In this document: piece after piece, positions 12,437 through 26,141 of the stretch
Numbering within the stretch: position 1 is the first letter of the stretch
How the letters are laid out: every line of letters begins with the position of its first letter
Origin: Octopus vulgaris
Lineage: Eukaryota
Length of the DNA stretch: 64,000 bases
Assembly (NCBI GenBank): GCA_951406725.2
Contig: OX597814.1
Location: 97,402,001 to 97,466,000 of the forward strand
Reading direction: 5' to 3'
Notes under the pieces: generated by a model
Told to the model about the DNA's origin: nothing
Database searches by the model: none
The model's input: the letters and a program-made list of their open reading frames with translations, nothing else
Made by a program: the position numbers and the translations under genes

Positions 12437-14808
12437 ATATATATATATATATATATATATAAGTAAATATATATATACACAGCTAACTTTTTCAGTACCA
12501 CTCTACCAAATCCATTCACAAGGGAATTGTCAGCTCAGGGCTATTGTAGAAGTCGTTTACACAAGATGCTATTCAAGAACTGAACCTGAAGCCATGTGGT
12601 TGGGAAGTAAAATTCTTACCACACAGCCATTTTTTACTACACCCTATTGATAAAAAAAAAATATATATTGACAATCTCAAAAAGAAAAGCAAAAGATGCA
12701 AGTATGAAAATGGAAGCAATATATTACCAATTTTGCGATCAAAACAAGAATAATCTAATAATACATGGCATAGTTTCCATAAATGAGATCATATAATGAC
12801 ACTTGGAAATAAACCAAGTACATACAGAAACCAATCTATATTTATAAAATTGCATGCTAATGTATTATAAGTGAGCGATATGTTTGTGAATGCAGTGAGT
12901 GAGGACGTTTTTGAGAAGATATTCCTCAATGAACTCATTCACATCCTTTTGTAAGGCGGGTAGGATGGGGTGTAAATGCTTTACAGTTTAGATGTGATGT
13001 AAGCGGAAAGGTTTGGTGCCATTTAAGCAGAAAAATATTACATAAATATTTATATTAACATGTATATAAATATAAACAAGCTAACATTTGTTTTTTTGTA
13101 AGCGTTGAAATATGTATTGTATTGCACAATACACATTTTAATGCTTCTAATAAAAATAAATGTTAGTTTGGAGAAATTCCAACTATATTTCATGATTTGC
13201 TATCTCAACAGTTCCATTATAGGATCCAGTGACTTAAGACATGATCAAGAGGAGTAGGGGGCAAGGTAGGCACTGCATACATTTCCTACCTAGATCGCAC
13301 ATCCCTGATATATATATATATATATAATCATTATTATCATTTAACATCTGCTTTCCATGCAGGCATGGGTTGGATGGTTTAACAGGAGCTGATAAAGCTT
13401 GGAACTGTACCAGGCTCCATTGTCTATTTTGGCATGGTCTCTACAAATGGATGCCCTTCCTAATGCCAACCATTTTACAGAATGTACTAGGTGCTTTTTT
13501 TACATGGCACTAGCACCAGTGCTTTTTATGTAGCACCAGTACCAGTACATTTTACATGGTACTAGCACCAACAGGGTCACCAAGTAACTTGCATGACAAA
13601 ACTCTCTCAGCTATGAGGTAGGAGTAATAATGGGTGGGGTGATGATTTTGTGCAAGCTGATGAAAGATTAATGGTATAGAGGAACAGGGATAGGTGTCTT
13701 ACTGTGGAGTAGATACATGAATACTCCAGTTGGAAAAGAAAAAAAGAGTGAGTTAGAGAGTAAGATAAAGAGAGTGGGTGAATCAGAGAGTAAAATAGAG
13801 AGAGCAATAGCGAGAGAGATGGTGGTGACAATGTGTCAGGGACATGCCCTCAAAGGACATTGGGATGGGGAGAATAGAGCAGGATAGAGGTGACCTTGGC
13901 AATGATGGAGTGAAATATAGGAAAGACTCAGGGTGGGAGCTGCAGTAGAAATGTGAGAGCATTGAGGGTGATAGTAGATAGGTGAGATGTTAACAACACT
14001 GGGGAGAGAAGGCACAGAAATATATACAGCTACAGGAGAGAAATAGGCACAGATGTGGTTATAGATGTAGGCATGGTTGAGTAGATGTGATAGATGAACC
14101 TGAAAGAAACTAATCATACCATCACCATCATCATCATTGTTTAACATCCTCCTCCCATGTTGGCATAGGTTGGACAGTTTGACAGGAGCTGGCCAGGAGC
14201 CTGTGCCATACTTCTGAGTGTGTTTTGGCATTGTTTTCATGGCTGGATGCCCTTCCTTACACCAACCACTCTGTAGAGTGGGCTGAGTCCTTTTATATGG
14301 CAGTCGCACAAGCAAGGTCAGTTTTGGCATTGTTTTTTTACAGCTGGTTGCCTTTCCAAATGCCAACCATTTGAGAGAGAGAGGGGGGAGAGGAAGGGAG
14401 AGAGAGAGAGAAAAGGAGGGAGAGAGAGAGGCAGAGACAGAGACAGACTGACAGACAGAAAAATAGACAGATAGACAGAGAGTGAGCACATGCACAGACA
14501 GGCAACAAAAAAATTTTATTCCAGACATTTTTGCTCCCTAACCAGCAACTGTTGTCTATGATTGAATGACAAGTCATGTTTCAGCAAGTTGTCTTGCATT
14601 CAAGTGGCCTAGGCCATTGAATCTGTCATAGTAGTAGCAAATAGCTGAAGGCTCCTAATAGTTACAAACATTCAGCTGTCATGCAATTTTCAGGCTATAT
14701 ACATACTACATGTTGTGGTCACTTTAATTTAGCTTTTCAATATTTTAGTTAATCTGACTGTTTGCAACTGTTTTATACTGTTGTAACATTTATACTTTAT
14801 AAACACAC

Positions 14809-14862
<54 letters not shown>

Positions 14863-15332
14863 ACACACACAAATGAGGGTTCTCAGAAAAAGTGGTCAAC
14901 CAGCAAACACGCACATTACAAATACAAGCTGCAAGTAGAACAGTAAAAGTATGCAAGACTTTACCCAGGTTCAAAATGGAGTATTGCTTTTGTTATCTAC
15001 CAGCTCAAATAATTGAAAAGAGAAGAGAGCATACATTCATTTATACATCATCATCTTCATCATCATCTTACATGCAGGTGATACGTAAAAAGCACCATTG
15101 ACCATTGTCGATACCAGTACTGCCTGACTGGCCCTTATTCTGGCAGCACGTGAAAGCACCCACTACACTCTAGGAGTGGTTGGTGTTAGGAAGGGCATCC
15201 AGATGTAGAAACTTTGCCAGATCAGCCTCGAGACTGGTGCAGTCTTCTGGGTCGCCAGCCCTCAGTCAAACTGTGTCCAACCCATGCCAGCATGGAAAGC
15301 AGACGTTAAAGGATGGTGATGATGATATATAC

Positions 15333-15368
<36 letters not shown>

Positions 15369-15434
15369 GGTCCCGGGTTGATTCGGGGTTAACCACAGTA
15401 AATAAGGTACTCAATACATAGCAGAGTAAAATTA

Positions 15435-16078
15435 ATTTATTATATAGAAGGAGCTTCTACAGGACTAGAACTGTTTCATTCAAGAGAAATCTTCAGGAAG
15501 CTAGTTAACAAGAATTGTATTGGCATTTATACATTTAGGCAGGTTTAAAGGGGTGTTGGTGGGGGACTTTTTGGGGGTAGGCATAGCGCAAAATATCATA
15601 CTTGGGGGAGTGGTCAAGGAGTCAGTGTTAAATTAGATAGAAGAATAAATAAAAAGATAAAAAAATATATATATAAAAAAAGGGAATAGAGTTTTAGGTA
15701 AATAAGGAGATTCTCACTTATACCTATGCACATATGTATACATATATACACACACATACAAACATATATACATATACATACACACATACATACACACACA
15801 CATATATACATATATATACACTTACACATACATATACATACCTACACATACACATATATGTATACATACACACACTCACATGCATACACGTATACACACA
15901 TGTATATATACACACACGACCACACATACATATACACACAGAAAAATATATATACACATACACACACATACTCACATACACGCATACACACACAAATCCA
16001 CACACACACATGCACACACAGCACACTAGTCCCTATATACACATATATACACATACACACATATACACACACATACAT

Positions 16079-16142
<64 letters not shown>

Positions 16143-16416
16143 GTGTACCTATGCATACCTACACATACACACATATATATACACATACAAGTACAGACCC
16201 ATTCCCTAATTTTAATTTTATTATTTTCATTTATTACTTTTGTTATCTTTGATCGCTGGTCACAAACATCTTGGCTATGACAGCCAGTCCATTTATCTGT
16301 CTACTGGAAAACAAGCACTCGTTCACTCACGCACACTCTTTAGCACGTACACTCACTCATTCATACACTCATACACATACACGCACGCACGCGTTATATT
16401 CATACATACATACATC
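15435..16416 (-). repeat. Left arm of a ~1 kb inverted repeat (pLTR-like, hammerhead-bearing)
   Basis: Reverse complement of 18085-19081, including the unique blocks 15435-15735 and 16190-16400. Differs by a few substitutions and microsatellite lengths. Confidence 0.93.
15452..15502 (-). ncRNA. Type I hammerhead ribozyme motif
   Basis: Minus strand AGCUUC-CUGAAGA-UUUCUCUUGAAU-GAAA-CAG-UUCUAGUC-CUG-UA-GAAGCU. Helix I AGCUUC/GAAGCU, core CUGANGA and GAAA, helix III ACAG/CUGU, GUA cleavage triplet. Confidence 0.75.
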
Positions 16417-16838
16417 TACATACATTCATGTATATACACATACGTACGCGTACCTACAGATTCATGTCTACACTCTTAGAAGGCTAGTCTATACATATAC
16501 ACCAATAAATATAAATACACACACATACATATACACCTACATACAAATACATACATGTATATATATATATATATATATGTATTCACACATATATACACAT
16601 ATATATACATACATATATATACATATACACATATACACACATATACATATACATACACACATACACATGCATACATATACACACATACACATACATACGT
16701 ATACATACATCCATACATCCATACATCCATACATTTATACACACACCCACACGTATACATATACATACATATATATACGCGCATGCATACACATACAAAT
16801 ACATACACATACGCATATACATATACATACATACACAT

Positions 16839-16929
<91 letters not shown>

Positions 16930-16930
<1 letters not shown>

Positions 16931-17135
16931 CGGAGATGTACTCGCATAGCAAGTAATTTGATCTGAGATCGTGTGCTGAAACGAAAACAATTGCAGCGTG
17001 GGAGGTGTTTATAAGCCATTTAAGAAACACACAAAAGCCGTTCGATTCACTCCAACATTTAAGTTTAATTTGTCAAAATATTTTCGTCGCTAAAATCCGC
17101 GACCTGTTCACTGACAAAGTCCGTGCTGCATCTGT
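16930..17135 (-). mobile_element. ~200 bp Penelope-pLTR/retrozyme-like repeat inserted in (TA)n
   Basis: Complex-sequence island between TA tracts that carries a minimal hammerhead variant. Confidence 0.55.
17069..17118 (-). ncRNA. Minimal type I hammerhead, G3:C8 core variant
   Basis: Minus strand UUUGUCA-GUGAACA-G-GUCGC-GGAUUUUA-GCGAC-GAAA-AUAU-UU-UGACAAA. 7 bp helix I, 5 bp helix II, palindromic AAUAUU helix III, core GUGAACA in place of CUGANGA. Confidence 0.65.
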
Positions 17136-17509
17136 ATATATATATACATACACACACATACATATACATACATACATATACAAATATACGCACACACATA
17201 CATACATACTCATATACACATACACAAGTACATGCGTACCCATACACACACACACACACGCGCATCCATATATACACATAAGTACACACATGCGTAAAAG
17301 TATACATATATCTATGCTTACACATACACACACACAACACGCGCCTCCTTATATTCATACTTACATGCAAACTCAAAAAATAGTAAATAGTAAAATATAT
17401 ATACGCGCAGTTATTCATACATGCATACTCAAAAAATAAATAATAAATATTAAGTATATGTTCGTGCAGTTACCTATTATATAGACGGATACATACATAT
17501 AAACTTACG

Positions 17510-17563
<54 letters not shown>

Positions 17564-17804
17564 CACACACACATATATACACATATATATACATATACAC
17601 TTATATACATATATATATACACACACACACATACACATATATATATATACATACTTACACACATGTACAAATACATACACACATAGATAACTCTACGTAT
17701 CTACATATACATAAACACACGAGCGTACACGTATATGTACATATACACATACACATACACACGCATATATATACATACATACATACACATACACACATAT
17801 ATAC

Positions 17805-17891
<87 letters not shown>

Positions 17892-17987
17892 TATACATGT
17901 GTGCAAACATACATACATACTCATACACGCACACACACTTACATATACATATATACACACACTTACACACATATATACATACACATA

Positions 17988-18020
<33 letters not shown>

Positions 18021-18084
18021 GCATACATACACACACATATATATATATACATACATACACATACACGTACCTATACGTACCTAT

Positions 18085-18362
18085 GATGTATGTATGTATG
18101 TATGAATATAACGCGTGCGTGCGTGTATGTGTATGAGTGTATGAATGAGTGAGTGTACGTGCTAAGGAGTGTGCGTGAGTGAATGAGTGCTTGTTTTCCA
18201 GTAGACAGATAAATGGACTGGCTTTCATAGCCAAGATGTTTGTGACCAGCGATCAAAGATAACAAAAGTAATAAATGAAGATAATAAAATTAAAATTAGG
18301 GAATGGGTCTGTACTTGTATGTGTATATATATGTGTGTATGTGTAGGTATGCATAGGTACAC

Positions 18363-18438
<76 letters not shown>

Positions 18439-19081
18439 ATGTATGTGTGTGTATATATGTGTGTATGTGTATATATGTGTATATAGGAACTAGTGTGCTG
18501 TGTGTGCATGTGTGTGTGTGGATTTGTGTGTGTATGCGTGTATGTGAGTATGTGTGTGTATGTGTATATATATTTTTCTGTGTGTATATGTATGTGTGGT
18601 CGTGTGTGTATATATACATGTGTGTATACGTGTATGCATGTGAGTGTGTGTATGTATACATATATGTGTATGTGTAGGTATGTATATGTATGTGTAAGTG
18701 TATATATATGTATATATGTGTGTGTATGTATGTGTGTATGTATATGTATATATGTTTGTATGTGTGTGTATATATGTATACATATGTGCATAGGTATAAG
18801 TGAGAATCTCCTTATTTACCTAAAACTCTATTCCTTTTTTTATATATATATTTTTTTATCTTTTTATTTATTCTTCTATCTAATTTAACACTGACTCCTT
18901 GACCACTCCCCCAAGTATGATATTTTGCGCTATGCCTACCCCCAAAAAGTCCCCCACCAACACCCCTTTAAACCTGCCTAAATGTATAAATGCCAATACA
19001 ATTCTTGTTAACTAGCTTCCTGAAGATTTCTCTTGAATGAAACAGTTCTAGTCCTGTAGAAGCTCCTTCTATATAATAAAT
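18085..19081 (+). repeat. Right arm of the ~1 kb inverted repeat
   Basis: Reverse complement of 15435-16416; ends just after the hammerhead and an AATAAA. Confidence 0.93.
19014..19064 (+). ncRNA. Type I hammerhead ribozyme motif
   Basis: agcttc-ctgaaga-tttctcttgaat-gaaa-cag-ttctagtc-ctg-ta-gaagct; predicted cleavage after A19058 (GUA). TATA-like tataaat lies ~30 nt upstream and aataaa ~10 nt downstream. Confidence 0.75.
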
Positions 19082-19083
19082 AA

Positions 19084-19135
<52 letters not shown>

Positions 19136-19137
<2 letters not shown>

Positions 19138-19425
19138 AGGCGCAATGGCCCAGTGGTTAGGGCAGCGGACTCGCAGTCGTAGGATCGCAGGCGTTGTGAG
19201 TGTTTATTGAGCGAAAACACCTAAAAGCTCCACGACGCTCTGGCAGGGGGGGGGGGTGATCCCTGCTGTACTCTTTCACCACTCTTTCTCCCACTCTTTC
19301 TTTGTTGGCCTGCTTGCTTAGCCAGTGGGGTGGCGTCATTCAAAGGCTAAAATAATGCGAACGCATTGTGACCAGCGATGTGTAAAAACATCTGATGGTC
19401 TGGTCGGTCACGTGATCACGTGGTA
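19136..19425 (+). mobile_element. tRNA-derived SINE (family C), B box deleted
   Basis: ggaggcgcaatggcccagtggttagggcagcggactcgcagtcgtagg (tRNA-like head); body ends ggtcacgtgatcacgtg before (TA)n. Confidence 0.75.
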
Positions 19426-19467
19426 TATATATATATATATATATTCACTCATTATATTATATTATAT

Positions 19468-19514
<47 letters not shown>

Positions 19515-22500
19515 ACTGACTCCATTCCTCTCTTCAATAAATGGCCTTATGTTAAACAAAAAATTAATATCTGAGTTGTTGATTCCTGGTGAAATATGAA
19601 CTCTAAATGTGAGGTTACACACTCTAAACATCTAATCTTACTCTTGAAAAAAAGCATCAGCAATTGTTTCTCATAGTAGAATGAAGCATGGCAATTTGGA
19701 AAAGGAATAAAAAGTAACAATTTTTCACGTATATGCATACATGGTGACTGTGTGAAATGAAATAATTGGAATTGAGGAATGAAACTAAGATTACAAACTT
19801 TTGCTGAGTGTTTATCATTTGAAATAACAGTGATTTGTGAGTTTCTTGACATTGCCAGTGGACATTAATTATACCAATGAAATTTCAGTCTTTATTTTCT
19901 TTTTATCTCACTTTTGTTGCTAGCTGCTTTAACACACTGTATGTAACTTGTCATTAATTTACATTAACATCTGTAATTGATAGTTACTTGGTTACTGTTC
20001 GCTACACCAAATCGTCTGCACATAATTATTTATGCATGAGAATAATCAAAGTTAATAATTGAATCTGTTTCTCTTATCAGAATGTTGTATATTTAAATGA
20101 AACTATTAATGAGGCAAAATCTCCAATCAAATAATGCACAAGACTACTGGCTCATATGTCATGGGTCCTTATACAGCAAGAAGCCTTTAATTATCACTTG
20201 CTAAGACAATTTTACATACCCATTTTATTGACATGGTAAATACAAACTTGGTTTTTGTTAGAAAGATACCTGCAATTGACTAGTAATCTCTCACAGGAGA
20301 CAATTATCTTTCATCCACATAAAGCCAAAAAAATCTTGTGTAATAGAGACAGGCATGGACAAATAGTTAAGACATTTACTATGCAGTCATTTAATCCCAG
20401 ATTTTATACCATTATGCAGCATACTATGAAAGTGTCTTATACTCTAGCTGACGAAGTGAAATAAAGAAGATGAATACTGTGTAGAAGTCCATCAGATGAA
20501 TTGTACTTGTAATTCAAAGAACCAGCCTTGTCACTCAGTGTCACAGCTGATCTACTAAGGAATATTATTAATAATATAAGTGCCTATCAAATAATCAGTT
20601 CCTTACATTGTAATATAAGAAGAGTAATTTCCATTAGTACTGGAACTTACTCTTCTTAGTTACATTGTGTACCAGTAGTCTCTCATGATTGGGAACTTAA
20701 GTGAAAGAAATGTTGTTATCCTTTATAGTAAAACCTTTTAGACTGGGAATCTTCTAGCTAAATTTTCCATATATAAGTCAATATATATTTAACTTTCATC
20801 TCTTGGATTGAAAATTTTCTTTTAAACTGGTCCATTGACTGTTCACTCTCCAACCTACATTCTACAAATCCTATTAAGGTTGTCTTAAGATTATTATTTT
20901 TAAGCATGCAGTTTTATGCAAATTATACCAGCTTTTATTTCTTGTTAAATACCTGCGGAAAGCCACCACCCATATGGAATTTCACATTGTACACCAAACA
21001 TGGTGGAAAGTCTAGAAATGTTGGGTGTGGTTGTTCTCTTAATTAAGAAATTTAGAAATTGCTCAACTAACAAGAAAAAAAGCTAAGAATAAAAATCAAT
21101 AATTATATTATGTATGCATGCATTTTATTCAACTCAGTCATTTAGTGATTAATTAGTAAATTTGTATAGGTTTTATGTGTTCATATGAAATAACCACTTG
21201 GGTGTGTTTTCACACATAACATAATTAATTTCATTCCTAAGGTACTGGAAACAAAATAAGATTTTATATAAAGACTTAAATTATTATCAACAGTGAGCAG
21301 AGGTATATGAAACTAATCATTAACTGCAGGCTGTAACGATATTTTACATATTTTCCTAAGGGCAGAGAGGGGTTAGTGTTAGGTGTGGTATTTGCATATA
21401 ATTGATCTAAATACAGACCATACATGTAATTAAATTTGGAATTAGAATTACAATAACTACTAGACTTAGCATAGTTTACCACACATTGTGTTATAGTTTA
21501 ATCCTAGGTCAACCCTGACTGAGTAGACCTATGAACAGAGGTATTCCAGTTGTTAGTATATATTCTGCATTTAAGGTAGCAAGCTAGCAGATTTGTTAGC
21601 ACCCTGGGCAAAATGCTTAGTGGCAGTTCACCTGTATTTATATTCTGAGTTCAAATGCTCCTGAGTGCAAACATTGCCTTTCATTCTTTCAGGGTCAATA
21701 AAATAACTACTACCTGAGTACTGGGATTGATGTGATTGACTTATCCCACTCCCTTGGAATTGAAATCAGTATGTATTCTGCATTTTTTAAAACTGTTTGT
21801 ATATGAAAGACTGAAGTCTCCAGTGTAACTTGAGCACTTTTAAGGCATTGAGTTGAGATCTGAGAGGATCTGGTTCTTAGTAGGTCATCAATTTAGTGGG
21901 TCAAATTGACCATTAGATCGTTAGTATATACTGTATTAGTAAGGTGCATGTGAAGATGAGAATAACCATACTAATATTTTTATAAGTTTCTAAATTTTTT
22001 ATTACTTGTAACATTTGAACTTACATATGTGTAACAATTATTTGAATAAAATAGCTTATGTGAGATAGTACTTTGATAGGAGATTTTGCAAGAAATATTT
22101 CATGAAAATAGTTTATGGTTATTAAAGGTTGAATAAATAGAGAAGGTGAAAACACTTCACCACAAAATTGCCTATAGAGTTCTGTGTAACACATGAGATC
22201 ATTCTGTTTGCAAGTTTAATATCCAAGTTTATATAACATTTAGTCAAGCTTCTAAAATCTCTAACAAAACAATCTTGCAGGAAAATTTACAAAACTAACT
22301 TTTAGGTCTACCACTAATTTGATTACACACCTGCTGATCTGATTGATTGAACCATTTCACATAGGTGTATTTTATGTAAACACGGTTAAGTTCTCATAGC
22401 TGGTTTTTGCCTTTTATGGCAACATAGCTAGACCATGATCTTAAACTTGTGATCTGAGTGAGATGGGTGAAAACTAAGCTTTGATACACACTCTTACTGG

Positions 22501-22614
22501 TCAAGTGGTTAAGCAGTCTCCTTCATTGTCTCCTCTACCATATTATAGTGAGTAGTTCTGTCAATGTTATTTACACACTTAAACATGTTTACCTCTGATA
22601 TAATAATGTGTGTT

Positions 22615-22671
<57 letters not shown>

Positions 22672-22890
22672 CAATAAACAGTAATGGCTTCAAATTTTGG
22701 CTCAGAGCCAACAGTTTTGAGAAAAGGGAGAAGTCGGTTACAGTGAATCCAGTACTTGATTGATATTTATTTTATCAACCACTGAAATCAACTTTGCCTT
22801 TCATATTTTGAACCCAGAATATAAAGATGAACAACAATGCCACTAAGCATTTTGTGCAGCAGGCTAATGATTCAGTCAGTTTATCACCTT

Positions 22891-22967
<77 letters not shown>

Positions 22968-22968
<1 letters not shown>

Positions 22969-25234
22969 GGAAGGCACCTGGGCATGACAAGATCCCCAAC
23001 TTCTGGTTGAAATATCTAACAGGAATGCACAAAAAGCTGGCTGAAAACTTTAACAACGTACTAGCAGAGCCAGAGACAATGCCTGAATGGCTCACGAAGG
23101 GGAAAACCATCTTAATTCCCAAATCAAATGAAACAGAAAAACCAGAAAACTACAGACCAATAACCTGCCTCCCTACTATGTTCAAGGCATTTACTGCAGT
23201 GATATCACAAAGGCTGAACAAGCACCTGGACGAAAACAAACTGTTCCCAGAAGAGCAGAAAGGATGCCGCAAAGGCTCATATGGCTGTAAAGATCAACTA
23301 ATGATTAATAAAGCCATAACTGAAGACAGCCACAGAAAGAAGAAAGGCCTCAGTATGGCCTGGATTGACTACAAAAAGGCGTTTGATAGCATCCCCCACA
23401 CATGGATCCTCGAAACACTAGCCATTAACAAAGTAGCACCAACAATCATAAAATTCATAGAGCACTCTATGAATAAATGGCAAACAGTCCTACACCTCCA
23501 AACAAAAGAGGGACTCATGAAAACCAAAGACATCCCCATTAGAAGAGGAATATTCCAGGGAGACACGCTCTCTCCACTCCTTTTCTGCTTGGCACTGTCA
23601 CCTCTATCTGATATGCTAAATAGAACTGGATGCGGATATAAATGTTACGGCAAAACGATCAGCCACCTTTTATATATGGATGACCTAAAACTATACGCTG
23701 CAAATGACAAACAGCTGGAAACACTATTAAAGACAGTTCATGGATTTACCAAAGAAATAGATATGAAATTTGGATTAGAAAAATGCGCCAAAGTAACCAT
23801 GAAAAGAGGAAAACTAGTTAAGAGTAACAACATCACACTAGATAAAACCAATGAAATAAAAGAATTAGACCAAAGCCAAACTTACAAATACTTAGGAATC
23901 CATGAACTAGATAAGACACAACACACACAAATGAAAGAGAAAATAAAAAAAGAATATTATAGACGAGTTAGATCAATACTAAACACAGAGCTCAATGCTA
24001 AAAACAAGATAATAGGTATCAACACTTTAGCTGTCCCAGTTATAAGTTACAGCTACAATATCCTTAACTGGACACGAAATGAACTGACCAAAATAGATAG
24101 GAAAACAAGAAAAATAATGACAGGATCTAGGATGCATCACCCAAAATCTGACATAGAAAGACTATATATACAACGTATAGAAGGTGGTAGAGGCCTTATA
24201 CAGCTGGAAAACTACTATAAAATAACCACCATAGGACTGCAAAAATATCTACTTCAGAAGGAAGGAAAACTGATCCAGATAGTGGCAAAACACGAGCAAA
24301 ACAAAAAACTGTTCTCAGTATTTAAGGAAGCTGACAAATACAAACAAGAAATCATACCACCTAATAAACATGAAGAAGAAGAAGAAGAAGATGAAGAAAC
24401 AACAAAAGCTATAAAACAAATGAAATCCAAACTAAAAACAGAACAGCAACGAACCATGATAAAACGATGGCAAGAAAAGCCCCTTCATGGTAAATACTGC
24501 ACTAAACTAAACGCAAAAGAAATAGACAAAGAAAAATCCCAGCAATGGTTGAGAAGCTCAGGACTCAAAGCAGAAACAGAGGGATTTTTAATTGCAGCAC
24601 AAGACCAAAGCCTCCCCACCAGAAATTACCAAAAACATGTAATGAAAAGAAATATTACAAGTAACTGCAGAATATGTGGAGATGGACAAGAAACAATAAA
24701 TCATATTATCTCTAGCTGCCCAGTCCTGGCTAAGAAGGAATATATTCACAGACATGACAGAGTTGGAACCTACATACATTGGAAGCTATGCCAACATTAT
24801 GGAATAACAACAGAAAAAAGATGGTATAGGCACACACCAGAAAAGGTCACAGAAAACGAGAAAGCAACCATACTCTGGGATATGCCGATACACACAGATA
24901 GAGAAATTAAGGCCAACAGACCAGATATAGTTGTCAGAGATCATGAAGAAAAAAATGCTTTTTAATTGATGTATCAATACCGGCAGATGACAACGTGTCT
25001 CTAAAAGAAATGGAGAAACTCTCAAAATACAAAGACCTGGAAATAGAGGTAACTAGAATGTGGAATCTGAAAACAGAAACAATTCCTATCATAGTAGGTG
25101 CATTAGGCATGATAAAAAAATATTCAGACAAATACATAACAAAAACACCAGGACTTACAAACACATATAACATACAGAAAATTGCACTACTAGGCACTGC
25201 CCACATCCTACGCAGAACACTTTCCATACAATAA
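22968..25234 (+). pseudogene. Reverse transcriptase - zinc knuckle - restriction-like endonuclease ORF with one -1 frameshift at the A-run 24949-24955
   Basis: WKAPGHDKI, ENYRPITCL, DYKKAFDS, GIFQGDTLSP, YMDD, YKYLG, CRICGDGQETINHIISSC, RHD, RPDIVV; after the frameshift CFLIDVSIP...EKLSKYKDL...LLGTAHILRRTL*. Confidence 0.93.
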
Positions 25235-25337
25235 CCATCAGAGCATCACAACAAATCACAGCACATACCCAAGGCACACAGAGCTGCGCTCAGTAGTGAA
25301 GTGAAAGCACGCTATAAAAATAAAAATAAAACTACTG
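22968..25337 (+). mobile_element. 5'-truncated R4/Dong-clade non-LTR retrotransposon inserted in a (TAA)n repeat
   Basis: RT plus CCHC plus RLE architecture, short 3' UTR ending ...aaaactactg before (AAT)n, and TAA/TTA repeats at the 5' junction. Dong elements are known TAA-microsatellite targeters. Confidence 0.92.
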
Positions 25338-26141
25338 AATAATAATAACAATAATAATGATAATATTTGACCATTCAGAATAAAGACTAAGGAAAGAATA
25401 AACCAATTAACAATAGAACAAACAACCTTAAATTAATATTGATATACATTCATATTACGTTATTCAGAAACAGGTGAGAATTGGCTTTAGGAAGAGCATT
25501 TGGCCATAGAATATCCACCTGAACAAATTCTGTCCAACTCATGCAAGAGTGGAAAAGTGAACATTAAAATGATGATGATGATAATGATTCACTGTCATTT
25601 GTTGATTACCTTATTACATTTACTTATGTATGTACTAAGATGCTATTTTTTTCTTGAAGATATAACAAACTACATAATCCAGTAACTAACATAATTTGCT
25701 CCTTATGTAACTACATACATTTAACAAGTCAATAACCTTCTAACTTGTTCGGTTAGTTAGACACATTTTTTTTGTTTTTGTTTTGCATTTCTTGCTTTGT
25801 TAAAGCTCAACAAATTTATGTATTAGTATGTATGTCATATAATATATATGTATGTGTTTGCGGTTTGAAAGTACCTAAAGCTATTAAACAAATACCAATC
25901 ATAGTTTCACACAAACCTCAGCATGTAAACTAAAACATTCATTATATCTGATATCGGAAGTTACATAGATAGCCTCCCCATGGAATGAAACTTGGGGGTT
26001 GGTTATGCTCCAAGTTTTCTCAAGCCTATGCAGGTAGCAATCCAATGCTCTCTTTCAGTTTAAGTCTGTGTAGAAAAAAATTTAAATAATCATTTAACAG
26101 GCACATTAAATTTACCCATCCATTTGTAAACTAAATTATCA

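Noticed and set aside
13250-13307. Solitary hAT-like terminus (...cgcacatccctg)
   Set aside because: No partner TIR or TSD could be found.
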